Shown in pieces: positions 9,604-19,157 of a stretch of 64,000 bases of DNA. The stretch comes from Minisyncoccota bacterium (GTDB lineage: Bacteria > Patescibacteriota > Minisyncoccia > Phycocordibacterales > UBA9973), in assembly GCA_017991395.1 (NCBI GenBank), contig JAGOQQ010000004.1, forward strand, positions 32,430 through 96,429, written 5' to 3'. The notes beneath the pieces were generated by a model. That model made no database searches, was not told where the DNA came from, and was given only the letters and a program-made list of their open reading frames with translations. Numbering within the stretch: the first letter of the stretch is position 1; each line of letters starts with the position of its first letter. Both the position numbers and the translations under genes were made by a program.

Positions 9604-10008
9604 TTGACTTTGTTGTTAATATATGCTACTATATATTCAAACAGAACACTAAAAACACAAAAAATGAAAACAAAAAACGTAGGCCCACATTATGCGGCAG
9701 AAAATCGCGAATGGAGAGCATTTGTGAAGTATGGACTTCCTGGGATCATCGTCTTAGTACTTTCCCTAGCTTCATTCCATGGTCTTGCGAGTAAGTATCC
9801 TGCATTGTTAGTTATATCACTTGTGGTGTTTCTCGCAGGTCTTTATTTTGATGGCAAAAAAAGTGTACACACAGTAGCAATGATAAAAATAATAAACGTT
9901 CTTATGGTGTTTATCGCAGTTACACTCCTCACAGGAAATGCACTCTTTGCAGTCGTTGGGATCTCTACAAGTTTCGTGCTTGCAATATTGATTCTCCAAA
10001 AAACTTAA
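9604..10008 (+). CDS. Small integral membrane protein, hypothetical
   Basis: Three hydrophobic helices. Start may be the internal MKTKN at 9664. A terminator hairpin follows at 10020-10046. Confidence 0.4.
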   Translation: MTLLLIYATIYSNRTLKTQKMKTKNVGPHYAAENREWRAFVKYGLPGIIVLVLSLASFHGLASKYPALLVISLVVFLAGLYFDGKKSVHTVAMIKIINVLMVFIAVTLLTGNALFAVVGISTSFVLAILILQKT

Positions 10009-10093
10009 TTGTATTTTTCAGCCCCGTATTCTCGGGGCTTTTTTCTTTACATTTTTTCTAGAAAATGGTTATATTTGTAAAAAACTGAACACT

Positions 10094-10666
10094 ATGAAAA
10101 CTATACAAGAAAGTACCATGAATGGTCGGCTCAATCACGACGCGCTTCTTTCGAGAATACAAGATTCATTGAATTTCAAAGAAATTGTCCCTCCTTTTCG
10201 ATATGTAGAGTTACCGCTGTTTTCAAACAAAGTCGAATTCGAAGTTTCTTCAAAGTATAATGAAAAATTTTTGTACGCGCTTTATCGTCGAGCAATCGAA
10301 ATATCACAGTTTAGATTCAAGACTGTGGGTGTATTTCAACTAGGCGATAATTTTTTAAGACACGTAACAGATTATTCAAAGATTTCCATTGAGTCAAATG
10401 GAATTGTTTTTTCAGATGAGAATTTCATTTCTGGAAATTGGAATGTGCATGTTTACACAAATGAAGCACAAGACGAAGATTTAAAAAATCGCGCACCAAC
10501 ACTAATTCTAAATTTTGATAAGAAGAATCCAAGACACATGAGTACATTTCATGAATTATCACCTTATTTCCCATATTCAGATAATGTAAAAATTAGGAAT
10601 GTTCCTTTCAACGAATATTCTCAACTACTTATTCCTTCAAAATTCCTCTTCTATCTTTCTTGGTGA
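10094..10666 (+). CDS. Hypothetical protein
   Basis: ORF between dnaK and dnaJ, followed by the terminator aacccgtctataaggcgggtttttt (10688-10713). Confidence 0.4.
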   Translation: MKTIQESTMNGRLNHDALLSRIQDSLNFKEIVPPFRYVELPLFSNKVEFEVSSKYNEKFLYALYRRAIEISQFRFKTVGVFQLGDNFLRHVTDYSKISIESNGIVFSDENFISGNWNVHVYTNEAQDEDLKNRAPTLILNFDKKNPRHMSTFHELSPYFPYSDNVKIRNVPFNEYSQLLIPSKFLFYLSW

Positions 10667-10849
10667 TATTGTAATTAAGTAAACATTAACCCGTCTATAA
10701 GGCGGGTTTTTTCTTTTCAATTGTCCGCGATTTTTGCGTACGCAAAAAGATTGTTGAAATCGTGTGTGATTATTGTTATAATGCTTATATTAAAAGGTGT
10801 TAATGCATTTTAAAGCTAGAAGCTAAATGCTAGTAGCTTTTTTCTCGAT

Positions 10850-11935
10850 ATGTCAAAAGATTATTACGAAATTCTTGGTGTTTCAAAATCTGCGTCAAAG
10901 GACGAGATAAAGAAAGCCTTTCATAAACAAGCTCACAAATATCACCCAGACAAAAAGGATGGTGATGAGGCAAAATTCAAGGAGGCAAACGAAGCCTACC
11001 AGACTCTTTCTGATGACAGTAAACGCGCACAGTACGATCAATTCGGAAGTGCTGGACCACAAGGGTTTGGTGGAGGTGGATTCGGTGGCGGACAAGGTGG
11101 CTTTGGAGGATTTGATTTTTCTCAAGGACAGGGTGGTTTTGATATGGGCGATCTAAACGATATTTTCTCAGATTTTTTTGGTGGTGGAATGGGCGGAGGC
11201 CGAGGTCGCGCACGACGAGGACGTGATATTTCAACCGAGATTTCAATTTCATTTGAAGAATCAGTGTTTGGTGTAACAAAAAAAATTGCCATTTCAAAAC
11301 AATCTGCATGTAAGACATGTAAAGGATCAGGTGCAAAAGATTCTGGTGTGGAAACGTGCAAAAAATGTAAGGGTGCTGGTCAGATTCGAGAAGCAAAGCG
11401 TACATTTATGGGAACGTTTGAAACAAATCGAATGTGTGATGACTGTGATGGCGCAGGAAAAGTTCCAAAAGAAAAATGTGCTACGTGTCATGGAAGTGGC
11501 GTCACCAAAGGTCAAGAAGAATTAGAAGTGAATATTCCCGCTGGAATACAAAATGGACAAATGGTACGACTCACAGGCATGGGTGAAGCAATCACACGCG
11601 GACAAGCAGGAGATTTGTTTATCAAAATAAATATTCCTCCGCACAAAACATTTACACGTGACGGATTCAACCTCCACACCGATCTTCATGTCAAACTCAC
11701 CGACGCACTCCTGGGTGCAGAACACACACTCCACACACTTGATGGAGATGTCAAAATAAAAATCCCAGAAGGAATAACTCATGGCGAAATGTTGCGTATA
11801 AAAGAACGTGGTGTTCCAAACGGTGCACGAGGAAAGCGAGGTGATATCTATGTCCGCGTTCTGATTAAAATCCCTCACAAACTCTCACGCAAAGAAAGAG
11901 AAATTGTGGAGGGACTTAAAGAAGAGGGATTGTAA
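10850..11935 (+). CDS. dnaJ: Chaperone DnaJ
   Basis: J-domain (YYEILGV...HPDK), G/F-rich linker, and four CxxCxGxG zinc-finger repeats. Confidence 0.95.
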   Translation: MSKDYYEILGVSKSASKDEIKKAFHKQAHKYHPDKKDGDEAKFKEANEAYQTLSDDSKRAQYDQFGSAGPQGFGGGGFGGGQGGFGGFDFSQGQGGFDMGDLNDIFSDFFGGGMGGGRGRARRGRDISTEISISFEESVFGVTKKIAISKQSACKTCKGSGAKDSGVETCKKCKGAGQIREAKRTFMGTFETNRMCDDCDGAGKVPKEKCATCHGSGVTKGQEELEVNIPAGIQNGQMVRLTGMGEAITRGQAGDLFIKINIPPHKTFTRDGFNLHTDLHVKLTDALLGAEHTLHTLDGDVKIKIPEGITHGEMLRIKERGVPNGARGKRGDIYVRVLIKIPHKLSRKEREIVEGLKEEGL

Positions 11936-12086
11936 TAAAAGGCAGGAGTTCAGAAGAGCGATAAGTGGAGAATAACTATAAGCGTAATATTTTTTAAAAC
12001 ACAAAGTTTATCTTGTGTCAATTTGACATTAATAATAAAAAAAGTATTATTATTAGTAATATGTTCAATCTATAAAAATAAATATC

Positions 12087-12278
12087 ATGATGAAAAGTTC
12101 TTTAAAACAAGAAACTCCTTACAAAAAGGTGCAACTTCCTGGCTTAGTCGGGGGTGGTTTAAAAAAATTGACAGGCAGAGTACCGCTCGTTTTAAAAAAA
12201 ATGGTTCGTTATCCTGGTGCTACTAGTTGGACGACTAGCGGTACTCATAACGATATTGATGGGTCTGACACAACTTGA
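12087..12278 (+). CDS. Candidate graspetide (microviridin-like) precursor peptide
   Basis: 63-aa ORF 78 nt upstream of the MdnC-like ATP-grasp and on the same strand. TTGACA at 12023 with a -10-like element near 12047. C-terminal Thr/Ser/Asp-rich stretch TSWTTSGTHNDIDGSDTT. Confidence 0.35.
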   Translation: MMKSSLKQETPYKKVQLPGLVGGGLKKLTGRVPLVLKKMVRYPGATSWTTSGTHNDIDGSDTT

Positions 12279-12355
12279 TAAAATATTTAACACACTATTA
12301 AAACACCTGCCTTTGTGGGTGTTTTGTTCATTTAAAACAGTATAAAAAAATAAAA

Positions 12356-13324
12356 ATGATATTAGCACTAGGTACATCGGCATCTCAAGATTTTGTTGCA
12401 TTTAAGGCAATAGAGAGTGAGTTAAAAAAACGAAAAAAGGAGATAATCTTATTCAAACAAGATTTATGTTTAAATAATGAAATTATTTCATATAAATTTA
12501 GCGAAAATGGTTCGTTTGTTCCATTAATTAATATTGAAGGAAAAAATTATGACATTGGCAGTTTTGAAGGCGCCATCAATCTTCACCCAATGCTTCCGAG
12601 AGAGCTCTTGGGTTTTTCAAAAATTAGCTTACGGCAATTTATCTGGAAACAATTTTATGAAATGCGTAGAGGTGTCTGGATGATTCTTAAAGATAAAAAA
12701 TGGCTAAATGATCCATTTAGTGCAGAGATGGCAGAGAATAAAGTATTTCAATTAGTTGCTGCTCAAAAAGTTGGGCTAACTATTCCGGCAACGCTAATTT
12801 CGTCATCTCCTTCAGATGTAAAAAATTTTTATTTAAAATGTGGCGGATTAATGATTAACAAAATTTTGTCTACTAGTCCAATTTTAGATAAAGTTACGTT
12901 TACTCACCTTGTTGATGAATGCGATATTGATGATAATTTGTCTATCCTCATTTCCCCAGCTATATTCCAGCCTCTTATTAAGAAAGAGTATGAATTAAGA
13001 ATAACTATAGTTGGAAATAAGTTGTTTTCAACCAAAATAAATTCACAGGAAAATTTGGCAACATCGATAGATTGGAGGGTTCATCCTGTAAAAAAGAAGT
13101 CATCTATACAAATGGAGCCGACTTTAATTCCACTAGAGCTAGAAGTTAAAATTCTTAATTTAATGAGACTATTAAACTTAAATTATGGTGCAGTTGACAT
13201 GATAGTCACACCACAAGGTGATTATGTGTTTCTCGAGATTAATCCATCAGGTCAGTGGTACTTTATACAAGAGAATACACGTTGCAATGATATTGCAAGT
13301 GCAATAGCAGATTTTTTATGCTAG
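12356..13324 (+). CDS. ATP-grasp RiPP maturase, MdnC/MvdD-like (graspetide ester/amide ligase)
   Basis: ELRITIVGNKLFSTKINSQ...DWR and LNYGAVDMIVTPQGDYVFLEINPSGQW match recalled microviridin ATP-grasp ligase MdnC segments (LRITIVG..INSQ..DWR; LNYGAIDMIVTP...FLEINP). N-terminal leader-binding region ILALGTSASQDFVAF. Confidence 0.8.
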   Translation: MILALGTSASQDFVAFKAIESELKKRKKEIILFKQDLCLNNEIISYKFSENGSFVPLINIEGKNYDIGSFEGAINLHPMLPRELLGFSKISLRQFIWKQFYEMRRGVWMILKDKKWLNDPFSAEMAENKVFQLVAAQKVGLTIPATLISSSPSDVKNFYLKCGGLMINKILSTSPILDKVTFTHLVDECDIDDNLSILISPAIFQPLIKKEYELRITIVGNKLFSTKINSQENLATSIDWRVHPVKKKSSIQMEPTLIPLELEVKILNLMRLLNLNYGAVDMIVTPQGDYVFLEINPSGQWYFIQENTRCNDIASAIADFLC

Positions 13325-13325
13325 T

Positions 13326-13811
13326 ATGGTAAACATGGTAATTCAATTACCATGTTTTTTTATGCAAAATAATATTTTACAGAACTTAATAAGTGAAATG
13401 TGTGAAATTGATCAAAAAACAAGAAAAATGGCTTTTGACCAAATTCAAAAAACAGGGGAAAGCTTCTCTATTTTTAATCTCATGATCTACTCTGTTGACG
13501 GCATTCATCAGCAGAGAATAAAACAAATTATAAAAGAATATGGTTATCCAACTAAAGAAAAAATTGGAGTAGATATTCTTAAGAAATTTTGGCTAATCGT
13601 TCAACATCAAGATATGGATGTATTTTTACAAAGAGAATGTCTGAAGAATTGTGATTTTGACATAGAAGAAAAGTCTCATCTGACGGATCGTGTCTTAATC
13701 AATGAGGGAAAAAAGCAAATGTATGGAACTCAGTTTTCGCAAGATATATCTGATGAAGACAGAATTATTTATAATAAAAACAGAGCAGAGGTCGGGTTGG
13801 TTGCTATATAG
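13326..13811 (+). CDS. Hypothetical protein, translationally coupled to the ATP-grasp
   Basis: Starts 2 nt after the ATP-grasp stop. No recognisable motifs. Confidence 0.45.
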   Translation: MVNMVIQLPCFFMQNNILQNLISEMCEIDQKTRKMAFDQIQKTGESFSIFNLMIYSVDGIHQQRIKQIIKEYGYPTKEKIGVDILKKFWLIVQHQDMDVFLQRECLKNCDFDIEEKSHLTDRVLINEGKKQMYGTQFSQDISDEDRIIYNKNRAEVGLVAI

Positions 13812-14020
13812 TTAACAGGAGGCACCAGAAATGGCGCTTTATGTATTGACAAAATAAGAAATAATGATATTATATAAACGTATGACATTTAGACATAAAA
13901 ACATTCGAAATATTGTGGCCCTCTCTGGGTACTGCAAACCAAATATTTTGGCTGGTTTTTGTGTTGTAAATTAAACTCACATTCTAAATTTTAGAACTCA
14001 AACACCAGCAAGAACTGCTG

Positions 14021-14626
14021 GTGTTTGTTCATTTAGAATTGAATATGAAAAATATCAAAACTCAATCAGTAATGTTTCTTCAAGGAAAGAGACTTTATCT
14101 GCGCCCTGTCGAGCGAAACGACATTCCTTTACTTCAAAAATGGATAAATGATCCAGAAGTAAGAAAATATCTCAATAATTCTTTTCCAATGTCATTAACA
14201 GACGAAGAAAAATATTTTGAAAGAATTTCGAATAGTTCGAAAAATGATGTTACTCTTGCGGTGGTAAGAAAGAAAGACAATGTACTACTTGGAAGTGTTG
14301 GTCTACATAAGATTGATTATATAAACGGCACTGCTTCTACGGGTTCAATGTATGGTAGAAAGTCGGAGTGGAACAAAGGGTATGCAACCGAAGCAAAAAT
14401 GATTTTGCTTGAGTATGCTTTTATGACACTTAATTTAAGGAAAATTTGCAGCGTTGCAATTTGTGGCAATATTGGGAGTATAAAACACAATATGAATTGT
14501 GGTTACAAGAAGGAAGGCATTAGGAAAAGTCATTATTTTCGTGACGGACAATATCATGACGCTGTGATGCTTGCGGTTTTCAAAAAAGATTGGGAAGAAG
14601 TTTTGAAGAAAAATTCAAAAAAATAA
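14021..14626 (+). CDS. GNAT family N-acetyltransferase (RimJ/RimL-like)
   Basis: KRLYLRPVERNDIPLLQKWINDPEV is the GNAT N-terminal pattern, and the acetyl-CoA-binding core is downstream. Terminator at 14632-14660. Confidence 0.7.
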   Translation: MFVHLELNMKNIKTQSVMFLQGKRLYLRPVERNDIPLLQKWINDPEVRKYLNNSFPMSLTDEEKYFERISNSSKNDVTLAVVRKKDNVLLGSVGLHKIDYINGTASTGSMYGRKSEWNKGYATEAKMILLEYAFMTLNLRKICSVAICGNIGSIKHNMNCGYKKEGIRKSHYFRDGQYHDAVMLAVFKKDWEEVLKKNSKK

Positions 14627-14715
14627 ACAGAAAAGGGCAGAGATGCCCTTTTTTTTATTTTTGACAAATAGAGTTTTTTGTTATATTATAATTAAAAATT
14701 AAAAACTAAATACAA

Positions 14716-15972
14716 ATGATAACACTACCTAAATTACCTGAAGTTCACATTGGAAAACTTTCCAATGGTATGAGATACGTCTTTGTTCCCGATAAAGGGA
14801 GCGGATTGATTCACGCTGAAGTGCTTGGATATGCCGGCTCAATACTGGAAACAGACCCAGGCACTTATGGAGTCTCTCATTTCCTTGAACATGTAGTTTG
14901 CAATGGTACAAAGAGTTTTCCTGATGAAGATGTACTTACTAATGAGTTTGATTTAATTGGAGCAAGTCGAAATGCAGTGACTGGTTTTACTACAAAAAGG
15001 TATCACCTTCAAACGGATTCTTCAAAAAGCAGAGAAGTAATAAAGTATATTTCTGAATGCATCCTTTGTCCAATTTTAGATAACACTATTATTGAAAGAG
15101 AAAGGTTGGTAATTCAAAGCGAGTTAAAAGATTCTCTTTCTAAGCCATTAGTGCGTGGGAGTATGAACTCTAGAAAAAAGTCGTTTGATCTTGCTCGTTT
15201 ACACGAACATAATCTTGGGACACATGAATCAATTGCAAATATCAAAAGAGATGATCTAATAAATTTTCACCAAAAATTTTATATGCCTTCAAATTTTATA
15301 TTTGGAGTTATGGGTGACATTGATCATTTGGAACTAGTGAGTATTCTAGAAGATGAAATCGGATTCGCACCAAGTGGTAATACGCAAAGTAAAATTTGGG
15401 TTGAGCACAAAAAGAATGGTAAATTTATTTCTTCTGATAAAGGCATCGAAAATTCATCAGTTGAAATCTGTTGGCCACTAACTCAAGAGCAAATATTACA
15501 CGATTACCACAACATATGTAAGCTAATTTCTGTTCTTGGGTCAATGAGAAGGTCAAGACTCTATAGGGTATTAAGAGAAAAACTCTCATCTGTGTACGGT
15601 GTGCATATGGGTTTATCCGGATACAGTAGCTTCAGTTCGTTTTGTTCGATCGATACATCGACAGACAGAGATTCTGTTGATGCTGTCATTGATGCATCTA
15701 TTGAATGTGTGAGATCTTTCTTAAATGATGGGCCTACTGAGAAGGAGATTACGCAGAGCATTAACCAAACAGTATTTTGGATGAAGAAAGAAATGGCTAA
15801 TAAAATGTCTGTACTCAAAAATACAATGGGTGACGTCCTATTTAATCCAAACTTCGTATCTGTAGAAAATGAAATAAATAAATTATTGTCATTTGAAAAA
15901 GATGAGTCGATTGAGGCATTCCGCTCGTGTATTAAGGGAGATCCAGTGATTATAGTTAGAAATCCTGTTTAA
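14716..15972 (+). CDS. M16 (pitrilysin) family zinc peptidase
   Basis: Inverted zinc motif HxxEH in GVSHFLEHVV near the N-terminus. Size fits one M16 unit. Confidence 0.65.
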   Translation: MITLPKLPEVHIGKLSNGMRYVFVPDKGSGLIHAEVLGYAGSILETDPGTYGVSHFLEHVVCNGTKSFPDEDVLTNEFDLIGASRNAVTGFTTKRYHLQTDSSKSREVIKYISECILCPILDNTIIERERLVIQSELKDSLSKPLVRGSMNSRKKSFDLARLHEHNLGTHESIANIKRDDLINFHQKFYMPSNFIFGVMGDIDHLELVSILEDEIGFAPSGNTQSKIWVEHKKNGKFISSDKGIENSSVEICWPLTQEQILHDYHNICKLISVLGSMRRSRLYRVLREKLSSVYGVHMGLSGYSSFSSFCSIDTSTDRDSVDAVIDASIECVRSFLNDGPTEKEITQSINQTVFWMKKEMANKMSVLKNTMGDVLFNPNFVSVENEINKLLSFEKDESIEAFRSCIKGDPVIIVRNPV

Positions 15973-16002
15973 AATTTACAGCACCAGAAATGGTGCTTTT
16001 TA

Positions 16003-16545
16003 TTATTTTCTTTTAATCAAATAACCCAGTACATTCCAGTGTATTTTGTCTCCATTATACAAAAATCCGTCATATTCGAGATTGTTTTTGTAGATCACAG
16101 TATAATCAGTAAATTTTTCTAAATGAGAATCAATTGTTTCCTGTGAGAGAAGTGAAAGTTTTTTTCTATCATCATTCTCTCCGAAAAATGTAACAAATAT
16201 AATTTTCCCCGCTATTAATATTTTTGAGAGATTCACAAGGGGTTCTTTTGTGAAAGGAAGTGTGTGTCTGCATACCACTAAATCGTACACGTCAGTTAAG
16301 AGAAATTCTGGTTCAGTAATATCTTGTTTAATGAATTTGAAGTCATCATTATTTCCATCAATTAAATCCTCTTTGTCTAATAGAGTTATTGATTTCAAGC
16401 CTTGCTGTTTAAAATGCCGGGCAAGGTTTGTATCTCGCGCGCCAATGTCGATTAGAGATTCTTTTATTTCTGTCTGTGTTAGCTTTAAAGCTTGAAGTAA
16501 ATCATTCATAGTAAGATTATAGCAATTTATATACATTTTCACCAC
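16003..16545 (-). CDS. Class I SAM-dependent methyltransferase
   Basis: IDIGARDTNLARHF (motif I-like), SITLLDKED (acidic end of beta-2), DLVVCRHTL (motif II). Confidence 0.55.
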   Translation of the reverse strand: MVKMYINCYNLTMNDLLQALKLTQTEIKESLIDIGARDTNLARHFKQQGLKSITLLDKEDLIDGNNDDFKFIKQDITEPEFLLTDVYDLVVCRHTLPFTKEPLVNLSKILIAGKIIFVTFFGENDDRKKLSLLSQETIDSHLEKFTDYTVIYKNNLEYDGFLYNGDKIHWNVLGYLIKRK

Positions 16546-16666
16546 TTTATTAATTTTGGAAGGACTTTGAGATCACAAATTGGTAGGCTGGCATATTGGA
16601 TAAAAATGTTTGACAAAATCAAGTAAATTTGCCATAATTTTGTTGGAAATTTAAAAATCAAATAAA

Positions 16667-17227
16667 ATGAAAAAGCTAAATTCAGAAGTGTGGGGAAAGG
16701 TTAAAAATATTGACCTCTCACAAATCCTCGTTAGACTAGTTGTAAAACAAAAATGGTCAATAGAGCGAGCAACGGAAGCAATTGAACAGTATAGGCAGTT
16801 CTTGTATTGCTGTGTAGTATTCCCAGGATCATCTTTAGAGCCAACAAGTGAAGTAGATGTTGTGTGGCATGATCATATACTTCATATGAAAAAGTACAAT
16901 GAGGACTGTATCAAATTATGTGGACGGTTGATATTACATGAGCCTTATCCTGTCAATGAAGATGTTGCGAGTGAAATTTTTAAAGCATGCAAGAAGACAG
17001 GTGGTGATTGTCGACTTGAATCTGCTGATCGAGGTGAAGAAACAAACCCTATTCTGATTATTGATGATAAAATCAAAACAGAAATTATCGCAACTAGAAC
17101 AGCTGAATGCACAGGAGATTGCCAGGCAACTACTGGTTGTCAAGAACCACCACCTGCCGACTGCGCATTAAATCGCAATTCTAAAAAAATGGATTTTAAA
17201 AAAATTAGAGCTGAAATTTTTGCTTAA
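16667..17227 (+). CDS. Hypothetical protein; N-terminal region resembles DUF1399 (EVDVVWHDHILH), C-terminus Cys-rich
   Basis: Motif recollection only. C-terminal CTGDCQATTGCQ cluster. Confidence 0.4.
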   Translation: MKKLNSEVWGKVKNIDLSQILVRLVVKQKWSIERATEAIEQYRQFLYCCVVFPGSSLEPTSEVDVVWHDHILHMKKYNEDCIKLCGRLILHEPYPVNEDVASEIFKACKKTGGDCRLESADRGEETNPILIIDDKIKTEIIATRTAECTGDCQATTGCQEPPPADCALNRNSKKMDFKKIRAEIFA

Positions 17228-17346
17228 GTTAATCCTTATATCCCCATAGTACATATACTATGGGGATATTTAATATTGAAAACACATAAAACGATTAAGT
17301 ATACAAGCTTATCAACAATTGAAACATTTTGATATAATAAAATCAT

Positions 17347-18261
17347 ATGACATGGTTTTTATACGCACTCGGGGCGCCAATATTGTGGGCACTTGTAAAT
17401 ATCGCCGATCAATATCTTGTGAATAAACACGCAAAAGGCGAACATCCAGTTGGTGCACTCGTGTTGTTTTCAAGTCTCGTGGGAATTGTGGTGTCTTTCA
17501 TAATCGCACTTTTTACCAAAGGTATTTTTGATATAAGTTTACACGATAAGATAATTTTGATTATTTCAGGGTTCTTCTCACTTGGATGGATAATTCTTTA
17601 TCTCAAAGCATTGGAAATCGAGGATGTGTCGTCTGTTGTGCCATGGTTTTTGACTATTCCAGTATTTGGATATATTTTTGCGTATTTTTTTCTTGGTGAG
17701 ACTCTTACACAAACACAAATGATTGGAAGTGCAATAGTGTTGTTTGGAGGGCTAATACTTTCACTTGAATTTAGTGAAGAAAACAGAGTCAAATTTAAAG
17801 GCAAAATCGCATTGATGATGATTGTCTCATGTATATTTGCAGCATTGTGGGGCGTTTTGTTTAAATTTGTCACCGTGGAGGAACAATTTTGGGTATCCTC
17901 ATTTTGGGAATATATTGGACTCGGACTCGCAGGATTGATTATATGGATATTTGTTCGATCATACAGAAATGCGTTTTCTCATATGATTAAAGTTGGAGGT
18001 AAAAACATATTTGCACTCAATGTCACCAGTGAGAGCGTAACGATGGGAGGGAATTTCATGAACAATTTTGCACTTCTTTTGGCTCCTGTAACGCTCGTTT
18101 TTCTAGTAGCAACATTTCAGCCAATTATTGTACTCGTGCTAACTTTTCTTTGTACTAAATTTTTTCCTTGGATTGTTGAGGAAAAATTTCACTTTCGACA
18201 CATTGCACCAAAACTCGTTGCAATAGGTGTGATGGTAGTGGGGAGCATGTTGTTTTTTTAG
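17347..18261 (+). CDS. EamA/DMT-family membrane transporter
   Basis: About ten hydrophobic helices in two repeated halves, typical of DMT permeases. Confidence 0.55.
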   Translation: MTWFLYALGAPILWALVNIADQYLVNKHAKGEHPVGALVLFSSLVGIVVSFIIALFTKGIFDISLHDKIILIISGFFSLGWIILYLKALEIEDVSSVVPWFLTIPVFGYIFAYFFLGETLTQTQMIGSAIVLFGGLILSLEFSEENRVKFKGKIALMMIVSCIFAALWGVLFKFVTVEEQFWVSSFWEYIGLGLAGLIIWIFVRSYRNAFSHMIKVGGKNIFALNVTSESVTMGGNFMNNFALLLAPVTLVFLVATFQPIIVLVLTFLCTKFFPWIVEEKFHFRHIAPKLVAIGVMVVGSMLFF

Positions 18262-18382
18262 GATACAAAAGTACATTATTGTCAACTAGATGTTTTGGAA
18301 ATAAGTAGTAAAATAGAGTTCAAACAAGGTTTTGTGCAACTAAGCACAAAATAATACATAGTTCATAAAGGAGGATAAGGAA

Positions 18383-18631
18383 ATGTCGAAAAATTCGTCG
18401 TCTGATAATGGAGATGGTACATCATCGTTTATAAGCGGACCAACAAACCACAACAGTAACTCAAGTCAAGGATCTTCAATACAAAGTGATAAATACACTA
18501 TAAACAATGAGGATAAGGGCAAGCCGGACACTCCAAAAGTTCATGAATATTCTGGAAGAAGTCATGATAAAGGAGTTTCTTATGAAGGAGGTCGTGGTGA
18601 AAATTATAACACTAACGATAGTGGAAAATAA
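18383..18631 (+). CDS. Small Ser/Asn/Gly-rich hydrophilic protein
   Basis: Strong Shine-Dalgarno sequence aaggaggataaggaaATG. Low-complexity composition. Confidence 0.4.
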   Translation: MSKNSSSDNGDGTSSFISGPTNHNSNSSQGSSIQSDKYTINNEDKGKPDTPKVHEYSGRSHDKGVSYEGGRGENYNTNDSGK

Positions 18632-18693
18632 ACTTAAAAGGCAACCTTAGGGTGCCTTTTTTATTTTATGCTAAATGATATACTAAATACTAT

Positions 18694-19137
18694 ATGATAT
18701 ATATTAATCATAATTTAATAAATACTTCTACTTTAGTCTCCTTTAAAAAGCATATTGAAGATGGTGAATTTAAAAAAATTGAGCAAGAATGTTTTGCAAA
18801 TAAAGGCATGGAAATTGAGTTTGATTGGTTGATACCTACAATACTTGAGCTTGTTTCCAATGAAGATACAAATAAAGATACCTTGGTGTTTAGAATTAAA
18901 AGACTTTTTGTATTATTAGTCTCTCTTTCAGAGAACAAGAATAATATATATATAAATAGAGATATATATAATCAAAACATTTCTTATCCCCTTGAAAATA
19001 AATTACTCATAGATATTGATGATTTTTTATTTGGTGTTACTGAAAAAATTGATACAAATAAAATAATTGAACATAATTTTTCAGAGGATGAGCAAAAGGA
19101 AATTGGTAAACTATTCTTTAAATCTTTATCTGCATAA
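18694..19137 (+). CDS. Hypothetical protein
   Basis: ORF only; low GC. Confidence 0.35.
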   Translation: MIYINHNLINTSTLVSFKKHIEDGEFKKIEQECFANKGMEIEFDWLIPTILELVSNEDTNKDTLVFRIKRLFVLLVSLSENKNNIYINRDIYNQNISYPLENKLLIDIDDFLFGVTEKIDTNKIIEHNFSEDEQKEIGKLFFKSLSA

Positions 19138-19157
19138 AACCCCTTAATTATAAATAA

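Noticed and set aside
12023-12226. 67-aa ORF with TTG start overlapping the candidate precursor
   Set aside because: Its start codon is the TTGACA -35 box. It is more likely promoter DNA, and the 12087 frame is preferred. It is retained only as an alternative-frame note.
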